56,939 nucleotides of DNA from an uncultured Caldisericales bacterium (GTDB taxonomy: Bacteria; Caldisericota; Caldisericia; JAAYUI01), in assembly GCA_964472265.1 (NCBI GenBank), contig CAYYJO010000003.1:1-56939 (forward strand), given 5' to 3'. The position numbers were made by a program, and so were the translations under genes. The notes under the pieces are model-generated. The model was not told the origin of the DNA, did not search any database, and was given only the letters and a program-made list of their open reading frames with translations. This document shows, piece by piece, positions 47,670-56,702 of the stretch. Position 1 is the first letter of the stretch; every line of letters begins with the position of its first letter.

Positions 47670-49483
47670 AACAGAACAAACAGGACGCTTTCAGACCATA
47701 CTTGCCATTCATTATCATTGTTGGCATAGCAATTTTACTTTACTTTGCATTCAGCTTCATGGGCAAGCCGCAGGTGGACACGATTTCCTACAGCGACTTT
47801 ATGACAGCTCTGAACGGAAACAAGATCAAATCGGTCAACATTGACCCTTCAAACTACGCGGTAACCGGCGAGTACACCTCAGACACCGGGAAAACCAGCT
47901 TTGAAGTCGTCATTCCACCTGAGCTTGTTGAAAAAGTGACCAAAGACATTGAAACCAGGGCGATAAAAATCAGCTTTGAGGCACCGAGTGAAAACTTCTT
48001 CCTTATATTGCTGACAAACATTGGCCCATTCATCCTCATTCTCGTCTTTTGGTTCTTCATGATGAGATCAATGCAAGGCTCCGGAAACCAGGTGTTTAAC
48101 TTTGGCAAGTCCAAAGCCAGGCTGTTCCTTGACGACCGCCCGAGAATAACCTTCAAGGACGTTGCCGGAATCCCGGAGGTCAAGGAGGAACTCAAGGAAG
48201 TGATTGATTTCCTCAGGGAGCCTAAGCGTTTCACGGCAATGGGCGCAAAGGTTCCAAGGGGCGTTCTGCTTGTTGGCCCTCCAGGTTGTGGAAAAACCTA
48301 CATCAGCCGTGCCGTTGCAGGCGAGGCGAAGGTTCCGTTCTTCTCAGTGTCTGGTTCCGAGTTTGTTGAGATGTTCGTCGGTGTTGGCGCATCCAGAGTC
48401 CGTGACCTTTTCGACCAGGCAAAGCGCTACGCTCCTGCGCTCATCTTCATCGATGAGATCGATGCTGTCGGAAGACAGCGTGGAGCAGGTCTTGGTGGTG
48501 GCCACGATGAGCGTGAACAGACCCTCAACCAGTTGCTTGTCGAGATGGACGGATTTGAACCGAACGCCGGAGTCATAATCATTGCTGCAACCAACAGACC
48601 CGACATTCTGGACACTGCGCTTCTCAGACCGGGAAGGTTTGACAGACGCGTGGTGATCGATATGCCAACCCAGATGGAGCGTGAGGCGATTTTGAAGTAC
48701 CACTCCAGAAACAAGCCAATGGCAGACGATTTCGAGATAGAAACCATCGCCAAGCGCACAGCCGGTTTCTCCGGCGCCGACCTCGAAAATCTTCTCAACG
48801 AAGCGGCAATCATAGCCACAAGAAGGCAGAAAAAGAGAATCGAGCACGACGACGTTGAAGAGGCAATCGACCGTATTCTTGCCGGCCCACAGAAGAGGAC
48901 GAGAGTCCTTGGAGCTGTCGAAAAACAGAAGGTCGCCTACCACGAAGCCGGTCACGCCGTGATCATGCATGTGCTTGGCCCGGAACCGGTGCACAGAATC
49001 TCAATCGTTTCAAGAGGCATGGCTCTCGGCTACACAACCCCGCTTCAAACCGAAGACAAATACCTGAGAACCCAGGATGACCTTTCAAACACCATCTCTG
49101 GACTCATGGGCGGAATGTGCGCTGAAAAGATCGTTTTCGGCGAGATTTCAACCGGCGCAAGCAACGACATCAGAAAAGCAACCGATCTTGCCAAGAAGAT
49201 GGTCATGGAATTCGGCATGAGCAAGCTTGGGCCAGTCGCTTTTGGTAACCCACCAGAAACAGTCTTCCTTGGACGCGACTTCATGGGTCAGGCAGATCAC
49301 TCTGAAGAAACAGGCAAGCTCATTGACGCTGAGGTGATGAGAATCATCAACACTGCATCGGAAAGAGCCGCCCAGGCCATCACAAAAAATCGTGCAATAC
49401 TGGATGAACTGGTCTCAAAACTGCTCGAACAAGAGACGCTTGACGAGGACAAACTGAACGAAATCCTTTCAAAAGCTCAATGA
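47666..49483 (+). CDS. ftsH: ATP-dependent zinc metalloprotease FtsH
   Basis: 605 aa. Two N-terminal TM helices, Walker A GPPGCGKT, Walker B IIFIDEID-type (LIFIDEIDA), and HEAGHA zinc motif. Confidence 0.95.
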   Translation: MKQNKQDAFRPYLPFIIIVGIAILLYFAFSFMGKPQVDTISYSDFMTALNGNKIKSVNIDPSNYAVTGEYTSDTGKTSFEVVIPPELVEKVTKDIETRAIKISFEAPSENFFLILLTNIGPFILILVFWFFMMRSMQGSGNQVFNFGKSKARLFLDDRPRITFKDVAGIPEVKEELKEVIDFLREPKRFTAMGAKVPRGVLLVGPPGCGKTYISRAVAGEAKVPFFSVSGSEFVEMFVGVGASRVRDLFDQAKRYAPALIFIDEIDAVGRQRGAGLGGGHDEREQTLNQLLVEMDGFEPNAGVIIIAATNRPDILDTALLRPGRFDRRVVIDMPTQMEREAILKYHSRNKPMADDFEIETIAKRTAGFSGADLENLLNEAAIIATRRQKKRIEHDDVEEAIDRILAGPQKRTRVLGAVEKQKVAYHEAGHAVIMHVLGPEPVHRISIVSRGMALGYTTPLQTEDKYLRTQDDLSNTISGLMGGMCAEKIVFGEISTGASNDIRKATDLAKKMVMEFGMSKLGPVAFGNPPETVFLGRDFMGQADHSEETGKLIDAEVMRIINTASERAAQAITKNRAILDELVSKLLEQETLDEDKLNEILSKAQ

Positions 49484-50271
49484 ACTGGCTTTACTTAAAT
49501 CAGGGTGCTTTGAGCGGAGCCATGAACATGGCCATCGACGAGGCTTTGCTTGAACTGGCAGAGCCTGGTTCGGTCATCTTCAGGACATACACATGGAATC
49601 CGGCAACCCTGTCGCTTGGAGTTTTCCAGAAAATTTCGGATGTAAACCGTGAAGAGCTCGATAAACGCGGGTTTGGGCTGGTAAGACGGGCGACCGGTGG
49701 ACGAGCAGTGCTCCACGACAAAGAGCTGACTTATTCAATCATAATCAAAGCCCCACACCCGCTGATCGAAAAAAATGTCCTTGAATCCTACTACTATTTG
49801 TGTCAGGGGTTGGTTGAGGGTCTGAGGATGCTTGGTGTTGACGCAGCCCTGAAAAAATCCGACGATCCTTCACTTTCGACACCATCTTGCTTTGCCGCTC
49901 CCACTTTCAACGACATCGAGGCGTCAGGCAAAAAACTTGTCGGTTCAGCGCAGATGAGGAACAGGCTAGGGTTGCTTCAGCATGGTTCGATTCTCATTGA
50001 TGTGGATTTGGATGATCTTTTTGCTGTGGTAACCAAAGATGAAACTTCGGCTAAAAGGCTTGCTGACGCTGCAAAATCCAAGATTACATGCATCAATACC
50101 GAAGCCGGCAATCGGGTCAGTTTGGAAGAAGTGCGCCAAGCCGTCATTTCTGGGTTCGAGAAGTCGTTAAACGTTGGCTTTACTCCTATTGTATTTGAAG
50201 GAGAAATGGTTACCCTTTCAAATGAACTCTGCAAAAACAAGTACGGTTCGGACACCTGGACTGTGCGATAA
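49480..50271 (+). CDS. Lipoate-protein ligase / octanoyltransferase family protein (BPL/LplA/LipB catalytic domain)
   Basis: 263 aa. MNMAIDEALL N-terminus and the conserved lysine context ASGKKLVGSAQ are typical of the LplA/LipM family. ATGA overlap with ftsH. Confidence 0.75.
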   Translation: MNWLYLNQGALSGAMNMAIDEALLELAEPGSVIFRTYTWNPATLSLGVFQKISDVNREELDKRGFGLVRRATGGRAVLHDKELTYSIIIKAPHPLIEKNVLESYYYLCQGLVEGLRMLGVDAALKKSDDPSLSTPSCFAAPTFNDIEASGKKLVGSAQMRNRLGLLQHGSILIDVDLDDLFAVVTKDETSAKRLADAAKSKITCINTEAGNRVSLEEVRQAVISGFEKSLNVGFTPIVFEGEMVTLSNELCKNKYGSDTWTVR

Positions 50272-50280
50272 GGGGGAGTT

Positions 50281-52533
50281 ATGAAAAAAGTTGCGCTTTT
50301 ACTCGCCGTGGCATTGATTCTTTCGGGAGTCCAGTTTGCCTCTGCCTCAAACGATGACAGACTCGACTGGTACTGCTTCCAGAAAGACCCGTTCAGGAAA
50401 GGCATGGCGTTTGCAGATGAAAGCATCATCACGCCGCTGACGGTCGGTTGGGAAATCCAGCATGGCCAGAAACCGGTTGGCACAATTCTCATCACCAGAT
50501 CCATGGCAATTGTGACGGGCGAAAAAGGACTTATCGGCGCCTACTCAATCGCCGACGGTTCGCCAATTTGGAAACGCGATTTCGGAGTTGGACTCACCAC
50601 CGAAGGAACCATCATGGAAGACGTCATGACTGTCTGTCTGCCTGGCGGAAAAATCGTTGGCCTTGACACAGGAACCGGAGGATCACTCTGGGAAACTGCA
50701 GTCATTGGCGATGTCATCTCCCCACCGATCCCGTATCTTTCAAATTTCTACATCACAACAAGCGAAAAAAAGTTTGCAACAATCTCTTGCGTCAGTGGTT
50801 TTGTCTACAGCCAGATTGACGCAACCGAAAAACTTATGACACCACTGACCATCCAGATGCAGGGCGACTACAGCATTAGCCTTTATGGCGTTTCAGAGAG
50901 CAACCAGCTTGTAAAGTGGGAGTTCTTTGGCTCGAAGGTTGAGCCGGTCAACAAACTCGAAGGCAGCTACAAACTCCCGCTCATTGCCAACTCGGAAACA
51001 CTCCTGATCCCGGACATGAAGGGTTCCATCAGATGCATGGACTACATGGGACAGAAGCAGTACTGGGCGGTTGACATGGGTGGAGAAATCGCCTCCGCTC
51101 CGTGCACAATGGAATCAGGAATCTATGTCGCAGCAGCAAACAAAGCCGGTGGAATCAAGGCAATACAGATCGGAAACGGAAAACCGATTTGGGAAGTCAA
51201 GGCTCCAGGCCCAATCACACAGCCACTGATTTCAGTCGGAAGAAACGTAATAGCATTCACGGACACAGGTCACCTCATCGCCCTTTCAAACATCGATGGC
51301 ACAATTGTTTCAGACACAAATGTCAGTGAACCGTCTGTAACTCCAATGTCATACAGCACATCGTCAATTTTCTTTGGCACAAAGAGTGGAAAGATCATGT
51401 GCGTCAGGTCTTCAACCGGTGGATACAAGTTCTCGCTTGGAACCAAACTCGTTGTCGCAGCTCCGGGTACAGAAAAGACAGTCGACCTCACGCTTGAGGG
51501 TGATGGGCCAGATCAGTTTTACATCCAGGCCTATGGTTTCCCGTGCCGTTGCAAAATCAACAGAACATTTATCCCTGACACCACAATAAAGCCAGGTGCA
51601 GCCAGCACCATGAAGCTGACAATCGACCCAACCGCACCGTCAGCTGTTTACGAGGTTCAGCTTGAAGTCCGTTCGATGCAGAGTTCTTCAATAATTCTGC
51701 GCCAAAGCCTCACAATAATCATTTCAAAGCCTGAAGAGATGCTCAAGCCACAGCTCGCAGTTTCTTTGCCGGGCGACAACAAGGTGCTGCTCAAGATAGG
51801 CTACCAGAATGCAAAATTTGGTCGCTCGTTCGCAGGCATCATAACCTTCAAGCCTGAACTCCTCAAGTTCCAGTCGCTTGCCGTTGACACTTCGATTGCA
51901 AAGCTTCTGGACACCAAGATTTCAATGTACAGCTACGATGCTTCGATCCCAGGCAAGCTCATCGTTTTCTACTCGAGCAAGGACACAATCCCGGAATCAA
52001 ATCCAGTGTTTGAAGCTCTGTTCACGGTGGTTTCATCCGGTGCAGACAAATTCTCATTCACATCAGCTTCAAGAACGACAAATGGCCAGCCAATTCCGGC
52101 CGACATGATGGAAGTTCCGTATGAAGTCAAAATGATCCAGACAGAGCACATAGTTAAACTTCAGATTGGCAACCTGAAGGCAACCGTTGACGGCAAAGAA
52201 GTGGTTCTGAAGGTCGCTCCGTATGTCAACTCCGGCAAAACAATGGTTCCGCTCAGATTCATCGGCGATGCCCTCGGTGCAGAGGTCGTCTGGAATGCCG
52301 ATGAAAAGTCAGTCGTCTACAAGAACTCTCTCCCGACAGGTGCAAGAGAGATCAAGTTGTGGCTTGGAAAAACCAAGGCCCTCGTAGATGGCAAGGAAGT
52401 CGAAGTCAAGCCAGCTCCAGAATCAAAAGCTGGAAACACCTGCGTTGGTCTCTCATTCGTCTCAGCCAACTTCGGCTGCAAGACCGAGTGGGATCCAACA
52501 ACAAAGACAGTAACAATCAAGTTTTCAAAGTAA
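50281..52533 (+). CDS. Candidate anchoring scaffoldin 2: PQQ/BamB-like beta-propeller, Ig-like module, cohesin-like module, two copper-amine-oxidase-N-type stalk repeats
   Basis: 750 aa with GGGGGAG SD and signal peptide MKKVALLLAVALILSGVQFASA. Propeller blades (IGAYSIADGSPIWKRDF, IVGLDTGTGGSLWETAV, IKAIQIGNGKPIWEVKA). Cohesin-like nt ~51748-52134. Stalk repeats VDGKEVVLKVAPYVNSGKTMVPLRFIGDALGAEVVWN and VDGKEVEVKPAP... at nt ~52150-52530. Confidence 0.65.
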   Translation: MKKVALLLAVALILSGVQFASASNDDRLDWYCFQKDPFRKGMAFADESIITPLTVGWEIQHGQKPVGTILITRSMAIVTGEKGLIGAYSIADGSPIWKRDFGVGLTTEGTIMEDVMTVCLPGGKIVGLDTGTGGSLWETAVIGDVISPPIPYLSNFYITTSEKKFATISCVSGFVYSQIDATEKLMTPLTIQMQGDYSISLYGVSESNQLVKWEFFGSKVEPVNKLEGSYKLPLIANSETLLIPDMKGSIRCMDYMGQKQYWAVDMGGEIASAPCTMESGIYVAAANKAGGIKAIQIGNGKPIWEVKAPGPITQPLISVGRNVIAFTDTGHLIALSNIDGTIVSDTNVSEPSVTPMSYSTSSIFFGTKSGKIMCVRSSTGGYKFSLGTKLVVAAPGTEKTVDLTLEGDGPDQFYIQAYGFPCRCKINRTFIPDTTIKPGAASTMKLTIDPTAPSAVYEVQLEVRSMQSSSIILRQSLTIIISKPEEMLKPQLAVSLPGDNKVLLKIGYQNAKFGRSFAGIITFKPELLKFQSLAVDTSIAKLLDTKISMYSYDASIPGKLIVFYSSKDTIPESNPVFEALFTVVSSGADKFSFTSASRTTNGQPIPADMMEVPYEVKMIQTEHIVKLQIGNLKATVDGKEVVLKVAPYVNSGKTMVPLRFIGDALGAEVVWNADEKSVVYKNSLPTGAREIKLWLGKTKALVDGKEVEVKPAPESKAGNTCVGLSFVSANFGCKTEWDPTTKTVTIKFSK

Positions 52534-52557
52534 TAATTCGATAAGTTGAAATTTGGG

Positions 52558-52595
52558 AAAAGGCGCTGACTTCAAGTTGGCGCCTTTTATTTTTT
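52558..52595 (+). terminator. Rho-independent terminator
   Basis: 9-bp stem aaaaggcgc / gcgcctttt with a 13-nt loop, followed by attttttg. Confidence 0.75.
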
Positions 52596-52662
52596 GTCAA
52601 CGAAAAATTATCAACTTCACGCCGGAATTTCGATTGTCAAGCTCTAAAAAATCAGTCCCCAC

Positions 52663-52691
52663 TTGCGTTTTTAATGACCGAAAATTATACT
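52663..52691 (+). promoter_or_regulatory. Sigma70-type promoter for the 52725-54631 two-gene module
   Basis: TTGCGT (52663-52668), 17-nt spacer, TATACT (52686-52691). The ORF-track ATG at 52674 lies inside this promoter, which supports ATG 52725 as the start. Confidence 0.45.
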
Positions 52692-52724
52692 GAAAGTCAA
52701 TCATTCATAAACGGAAGGTGGACC

Positions 52725-53330
52725 ATGAGCAATACTAGCCCTGCAAAAGGGTCATTGATTCGCAACTGGTTGTGGATTCCGGTGGGTGCCATCTGCATTT
52801 TCGCCATCGTCTGGGGCGTTGTGGGCACACATTGGGTAGTCGTCGAACCGACGCTCGACAATTCCAGCAACAAAACAGGAACTGTCTCAAAGTATGACGG
52901 AACAGCATTGTCTTTCACCCTTACCACCGAAAAGGGAGACGAGTGGGCTGTATCGTTCAAGGACAGCGCAAAACTCAAGATCATCGAAGAACAAGACGGC
53001 AAAAGGGTCAAAAACGACTACAAGTTCAATGAGAAAACAGACCTTGTAAAAGACGGAATCAAAATCACGGCAACCGGCAAACAGGACAAGGAAGCCAAGA
53101 CCATCAAGGCAACAGTACTTCATATCGGAGGCGCTGAGAACATTCCGGAACTGATCACCAACTACGAGAACATGTACATCTACGGCACCGCCGACAAGCT
53201 GTGCATCGCATGCGTGGGACTCGGCGATTCTGACCTCAACAGGCTCTGGCAGATGGGTCTCATCCTTGTCGGGTTCCTGATCCTTTATTTCCTCATCACC
53301 ATTTTCACAAAGAGAAGAGGTGTGGCATGA
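52725..53330 (+). CDS. Bitopic membrane protein with DUF5666-like ectodomain and a CxxC motif
   Basis: GGAAGGTGG lies upstream of ATG 52725. N-terminal TM (WLWIPVGAICIFAIVWGVVG). Beta-barrel-like segment GTVSKYDGTALSFTLTTEKGDEWAVSF...GIKITATGKQDKEAKTIKATVL. CIAC motif. C-terminal TM (MGLILVGFLILYFLITIF). Confidence 0.6.
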   Translation: MSNTSPAKGSLIRNWLWIPVGAICIFAIVWGVVGTHWVVVEPTLDNSSNKTGTVSKYDGTALSFTLTTEKGDEWAVSFKDSAKLKIIEEQDGKRVKNDYKFNEKTDLVKDGIKITATGKQDKEAKTIKATVLHIGGAENIPELITNYENMYIYGTADKLCIACVGLGDSDLNRLWQMGLILVGFLILYFLITIFTKRRGVA

Positions 53331-54631
53331 CAGACGCAACCACTACAGCTCCAGCACCGGCAGCAACACCGAAAAAGAAAAAACTCACTCCAGGCGAGAT
53401 GAGAATCCAGATCAGAATCTGGGTTCAGTGGGCATTCCTTGCCATTGCAGCAGGCCCTCTGTTCGTTCTGGCCCCTGTAATCAAGCAGATTCCGGCTCCG
53501 TGGTATGTCTGCTGGTCTTGCCCGACGGCAATTGCTGCATGTCCGCTCGGAACCCTCCAGCACTTCACGGCAACCGGCGCCATCTCTACTTTTGCCCTCG
53601 GCATCCTGATCCTCATCGGCGTTCTCATGGGTCGCCAGACCTGTGGCTGGACATGCCCGATGGGATTCATCCAGGAAATGCTTTACAAAGGCAAAAAATA
53701 TGTCAGCTACATCATGGGCGTGCTGGTTTTCGGAACCACGCTGTTCCTTGCCTGGTACACACCATTCATGGGTCAGATCATGCCAAAATCAGGTGAACTC
53801 TATGGACTCAGCTATCTGCTTGAATCCGGCGACATGAACAGGTTCATCATGTGGGGCATCGCTTATCTCGTGGTTGCGATTTTCTTTGGCGGAATCTTCT
53901 TCATTCCGGTCAAAAAATTCAGCATCCCGAACAACTTTGCCAACATCACTAGATGGTTCTTCTTCCTCATCCCGTTCATCCTCTTTGTCATCATCACAAG
54001 AATGGCTCCCGCAGCTGATGGTTCGGTGAAGTGGCTTGAAGGTGAAGTGTGGTGGTGCAAGATTTGTCCGGTTGGAACGTTCACAGCTGGCTTCCCGCAG
54101 ATGTACCTCCAGCTCATTCCGGACAAGGCTTATCCAGTCTTTGGCCTCACTTCAACAGCCTTCATCGGCATCTCCTCGTACCAGGGCATTTTCGGTGAAG
54201 CCAGAATCATGTACTTCATCAAGTGGACGATGTCGGTTGGACTCCTCTGGACGATGATCAGGACAGCAAGACCATTCTGCAAGGCAATCTGCCCGCTTGG
54301 AATGATTTTCTCGTTCACAAACTGGATTTCAGGCACACGCATGGTTGTCGACCAGGCAAACTGCCGTGGAAAATCATGCAACTGGTGTCTAAAGCACTGC
54401 CCAATGGATATCGCCATTTACGATGTCACGGCTCAGTGGCACTGCATCCGCTGCCTTGACTGCCTCGGCTGCCCGTTTGGCGTTGTAAAGCACGAGCTTC
54501 CGCCACTCTACTCATGGCTTGTGAAGAAAGAAGAGAGAAAAGTTGTCCCTCTCAAGACTCCAAACCCGCCAGTGAAGCCATCGTTCATGGACTGGGCAGG
54601 TCTGACAAACTACAAGCCACCACAGGCATAA
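53327..54631 (+). CDS. NapH/MauN-like polytopic iron-sulfur (polyferredoxin) membrane protein
   Basis: 434 aa with ATGA overlap with the upstream gene. Four membrane-proximal CxxCP-type motifs (CWSCPTAIAACPLG, CGWTCPMG, CKICPVG, CKAICPLG). Two C-terminal ferredoxin-type clusters (CRGKSCNWCLKHCP, CIRCLDCLGCP). Confidence 0.7.
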   Translation: MTDATTTAPAPAATPKKKKLTPGEMRIQIRIWVQWAFLAIAAGPLFVLAPVIKQIPAPWYVCWSCPTAIAACPLGTLQHFTATGAISTFALGILILIGVLMGRQTCGWTCPMGFIQEMLYKGKKYVSYIMGVLVFGTTLFLAWYTPFMGQIMPKSGELYGLSYLLESGDMNRFIMWGIAYLVVAIFFGGIFFIPVKKFSIPNNFANITRWFFFLIPFILFVIITRMAPAADGSVKWLEGEVWWCKICPVGTFTAGFPQMYLQLIPDKAYPVFGLTSTAFIGISSYQGIFGEARIMYFIKWTMSVGLLWTMIRTARPFCKAICPLGMIFSFTNWISGTRMVVDQANCRGKSCNWCLKHCPMDIAIYDVTAQWHCIRCLDCLGCPFGVVKHELPPLYSWLVKKEERKVVPLKTPNPPVKPSFMDWAGLTNYKPPQA

Positions 54632-54646
54632 ACTCGATTTCAAATC

Positions 54647-54683
54647 AAACTCCCCGGTTTGTTCCGGGGAGTTTTTGTTTTTT
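54647..54683 (+). terminator. Rho-independent terminator
   Basis: Stem aaactccccgg / ccggggagttt with loop tttgtt, followed by ttgtttttt. Confidence 0.8.
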
Positions 54684-54739
54684 AAAGCAGTTGATTTTCA
54701 CGCAGGTTTAGCCATGATTATTCTTATGGAGGCCGGAAT

Positions 54740-55699
54740 ATGAAAAGGTTTTTTGTATCGACTCTTCTTGCAGCGATCGTTTTGGTGGCGTTTGTCTCGT
54801 GCGGAACACCGCATGAAATTGATCTGAACCAGTCGAAATCACCTAAACCTGACGAGACAAAGGTTGCCGAAAAGGTAGCCACAGAAGGACTCACACTGAC
54901 CGATGCCAGAAGAATCGACACTGACCCACCGTTTGTTTTTGCCGGTTACGGTGATGGCCAGTCCAAGCTCCAGCTCAAGATTTTCCAGTTTGATGGTTCG
55001 AGGTTGGTTAAAACGCTTGAATCGCCAGTCTTTGAAGGCGAACAGATAAACTTCAACGCCGAGGTTGCTGAAAACCCGTGGGGCAAAACGGTTGACGGCC
55101 TTGTAATGCTGCCGGTTTCAATCTATATGGGCGGAAACGACTGGTCGAGAAACTACAACAAGATATTTACGGTCAAAGATGGCGCAGTTGTGGAACTTCC
55201 AGTCAAATGCGAACAGGGAACGGTCGCCGGTGCAATGCTTACCGACGAAAACAGGCTCGTGCTTCCGGTTTACGATTGCAGGTTCCAGTTTTTCAACGAT
55301 TTTGTGCACGCCATCTCACCATCAAGGGTTTACGTTTTCGAAATGAGCGAAACAAAGGATTCTTTTGTCAACGCCACACCAAAACATCAGGGCTACGTTA
55401 AAAAAATCATTGACGAGATAAAAAGAGAGGCTGATGAAAACAATACTGACCCACAAATTCAGGCCTCTTCGATGGTTTCGGTTTATGCCCAGGCCGAGGC
55501 TGGCCTTGTTGCTGAAACCTACATGCCAACAGTAAAATTACTCATGCAACGGTTTCCTGACGATGAGACAGTGAAGAAAACCTGGAGCCAGATTCAGGAT
55601 TCGTTTGTGAACAAAAAACCGTTCTCAACCTTTGCTCCCTGGGGTGACGAAATGGACTACAGGTGGAAACCGTTTGAGATGAAAGAGTTGGACAAATAA
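54740..55699 (+). CDS. Lipoprotein, unknown function
   Basis: 319 aa with GGAGG SD and lipobox-type signal MKRFFVSTLLAAIVLVAFVSCG. No recognisable family. Confidence 0.6.
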   Translation: MKRFFVSTLLAAIVLVAFVSCGTPHEIDLNQSKSPKPDETKVAEKVATEGLTLTDARRIDTDPPFVFAGYGDGQSKLQLKIFQFDGSRLVKTLESPVFEGEQINFNAEVAENPWGKTVDGLVMLPVSIYMGGNDWSRNYNKIFTVKDGAVVELPVKCEQGTVAGAMLTDENRLVLPVYDCRFQFFNDFVHAISPSRVYVFEMSETKDSFVNATPKHQGYVKKIIDEIKREADENNTDPQIQASSMVSVYAQAEAGLVAETYMPTVKLLMQRFPDDETVKKTWSQIQDSFVNKKPFSTFAPWGDEMDYRWKPFEMKELDK

Positions 55700-56571
55700 T
55701 GAAGAAACTGGCAATATTTCTGGCTTTGGCGCTTCTGGTGTCATGCGGCGGAAAACCAGCAACAACAGAAAACGATTGCTCAAAATTTGTGCCAGATGGT
55801 TTTACGCTTGAAAAGCAGCTTGACGGTTGTGGATTTTCGATGGCAACGGCCAAAAACGGCGACGGAATATGCCCCAGGGTGTTGATCATCGTAAAGGATG
55901 GCAAACTGGTCAGAATCTCAAAGGAAATCAAGTGCAAGTCCATTGTCTTCGGCGGCGAGGATCTGGTCTGCTCAAAACTCAGCGAAGACGTGCGTGGCGT
56001 GCCAGTTGAGTTTGAGATGGGCGGAAATGGCATTGACGACACTTTCATCAAGATCATCGATGACAAAACATTCAAGGATGTGCCTGTTGATCTTGGTGCA
56101 GGATTTGTCGCCAGGGATTTTGCCGATTCCAACTACGACGGCTATTATGAGCTGATTGTTGTCGACAACCGGTGGAATGGACTGAAGATTTTTGAAAAGG
56201 TGCAGTATCCGTTCACACAAAAGATCGCTGTGTACAGGGATGGAAAGTTTGTTGATGAAACCAGCAGGTTTGTCAACCATCTCGATGCGGGCATAAACTC
56301 CTGGTCGAAGCAGATGACCGATGCAGCAAACGAGATTGAATCGGCAAAAGCTGCGGTTGTTCTCGCTCTCATCTACAAAGATAAGGGGCAGATGAACGAA
56401 GGGATCTCACTGATGGAAAAAATCATTAACGGAACCTCGTCCCAAATTCTCAAGGAGTCAATTGAATATTTCCTCAGGGAGTACAAAAAAGGCGGAAACC
56501 CGGACTGGTTTTACCCGGCAAGAAAGCAAGCCTGGGAGCCACTTCCATGGCAACCACCTAATTCTCCTTGA
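55699..56571 (+). CDS. Lipoprotein, unknown function
   Basis: 290 aa with TAATG stop/start overlap with the upstream lipoprotein gene. Lipobox signal MKKLAIFLALALLVSCGG. No recognisable family. Confidence 0.6.
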   Translation: MKKLAIFLALALLVSCGGKPATTENDCSKFVPDGFTLEKQLDGCGFSMATAKNGDGICPRVLIIVKDGKLVRISKEIKCKSIVFGGEDLVCSKLSEDVRGVPVEFEMGGNGIDDTFIKIIDDKTFKDVPVDLGAGFVARDFADSNYDGYYELIVVDNRWNGLKIFEKVQYPFTQKIAVYRDGKFVDETSRFVNHLDAGINSWSKQMTDAANEIESAKAAVVLALIYKDKGQMNEGISLMEKIINGTSSQILKESIEYFLREYKKGGNPDWFYPARKQAWEPLPWQPPNSP

Positions 56572-56595
56572 CAGTTAAGCCTTTCAACATAAAAT
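56568..56595 (+). promoter_or_regulatory. Sigma70-type promoter for the tRNA-Gln/tRNA-Glu pair
   Basis: Consensus TTGACA (56568-56573, overlapping the lipoprotein stop codon), 16-nt spacer, TAAAAT (56590-56595). tRNA-Gln starts 12 nt downstream. Confidence 0.55.
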
Positions 56596-56606
56596 GACTA
56601 ACGCAC

Positions 56607-56682
56607 TGGCTGATGGTGTAATTGGTAACACGTCTGCCTCTGGAGCAGAAGACTCTAGGTTCGAGTCCTAGTCGGCCAGCCA
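56607..56682 (+). tRNA. tRNA-Gln (anticodon CUG), CCA encoded
   Basis: Hand-folded cloverleaf. Acceptor tggctga/tcggcca (U1-A72, as typical of bacterial tRNA-Gln). D stem gtgt/acac. Anticodon stem tctgc/gcaga with loop ctCTGga. T arm ctagg-ttcgagt-cctag. Discriminator G then CCA. Confidence 0.9.
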
Positions 56683-56702
56683 GATTTTGAAAGTCCCGTC
56701 AC

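Noticed and set aside
46679-50504. Long minus-strand ORFs at 46679-47335, 48344-48994 and 49977-50504
   Set aside because: All are antisense to confidently identified tilS/hpt, ftsH and the lipoate-ligase-family / 750-aa genes. None has an SD or a recognisable motif.
55542-56132. 196-aa minus-strand ORF spanning the junction of the two lipoprotein genes
   Set aside because: It is an antisense shadow with a Ser/Pro/Thr-rich product. The plus-strand genes have an SD or coupled starts and lipobox signal peptides.
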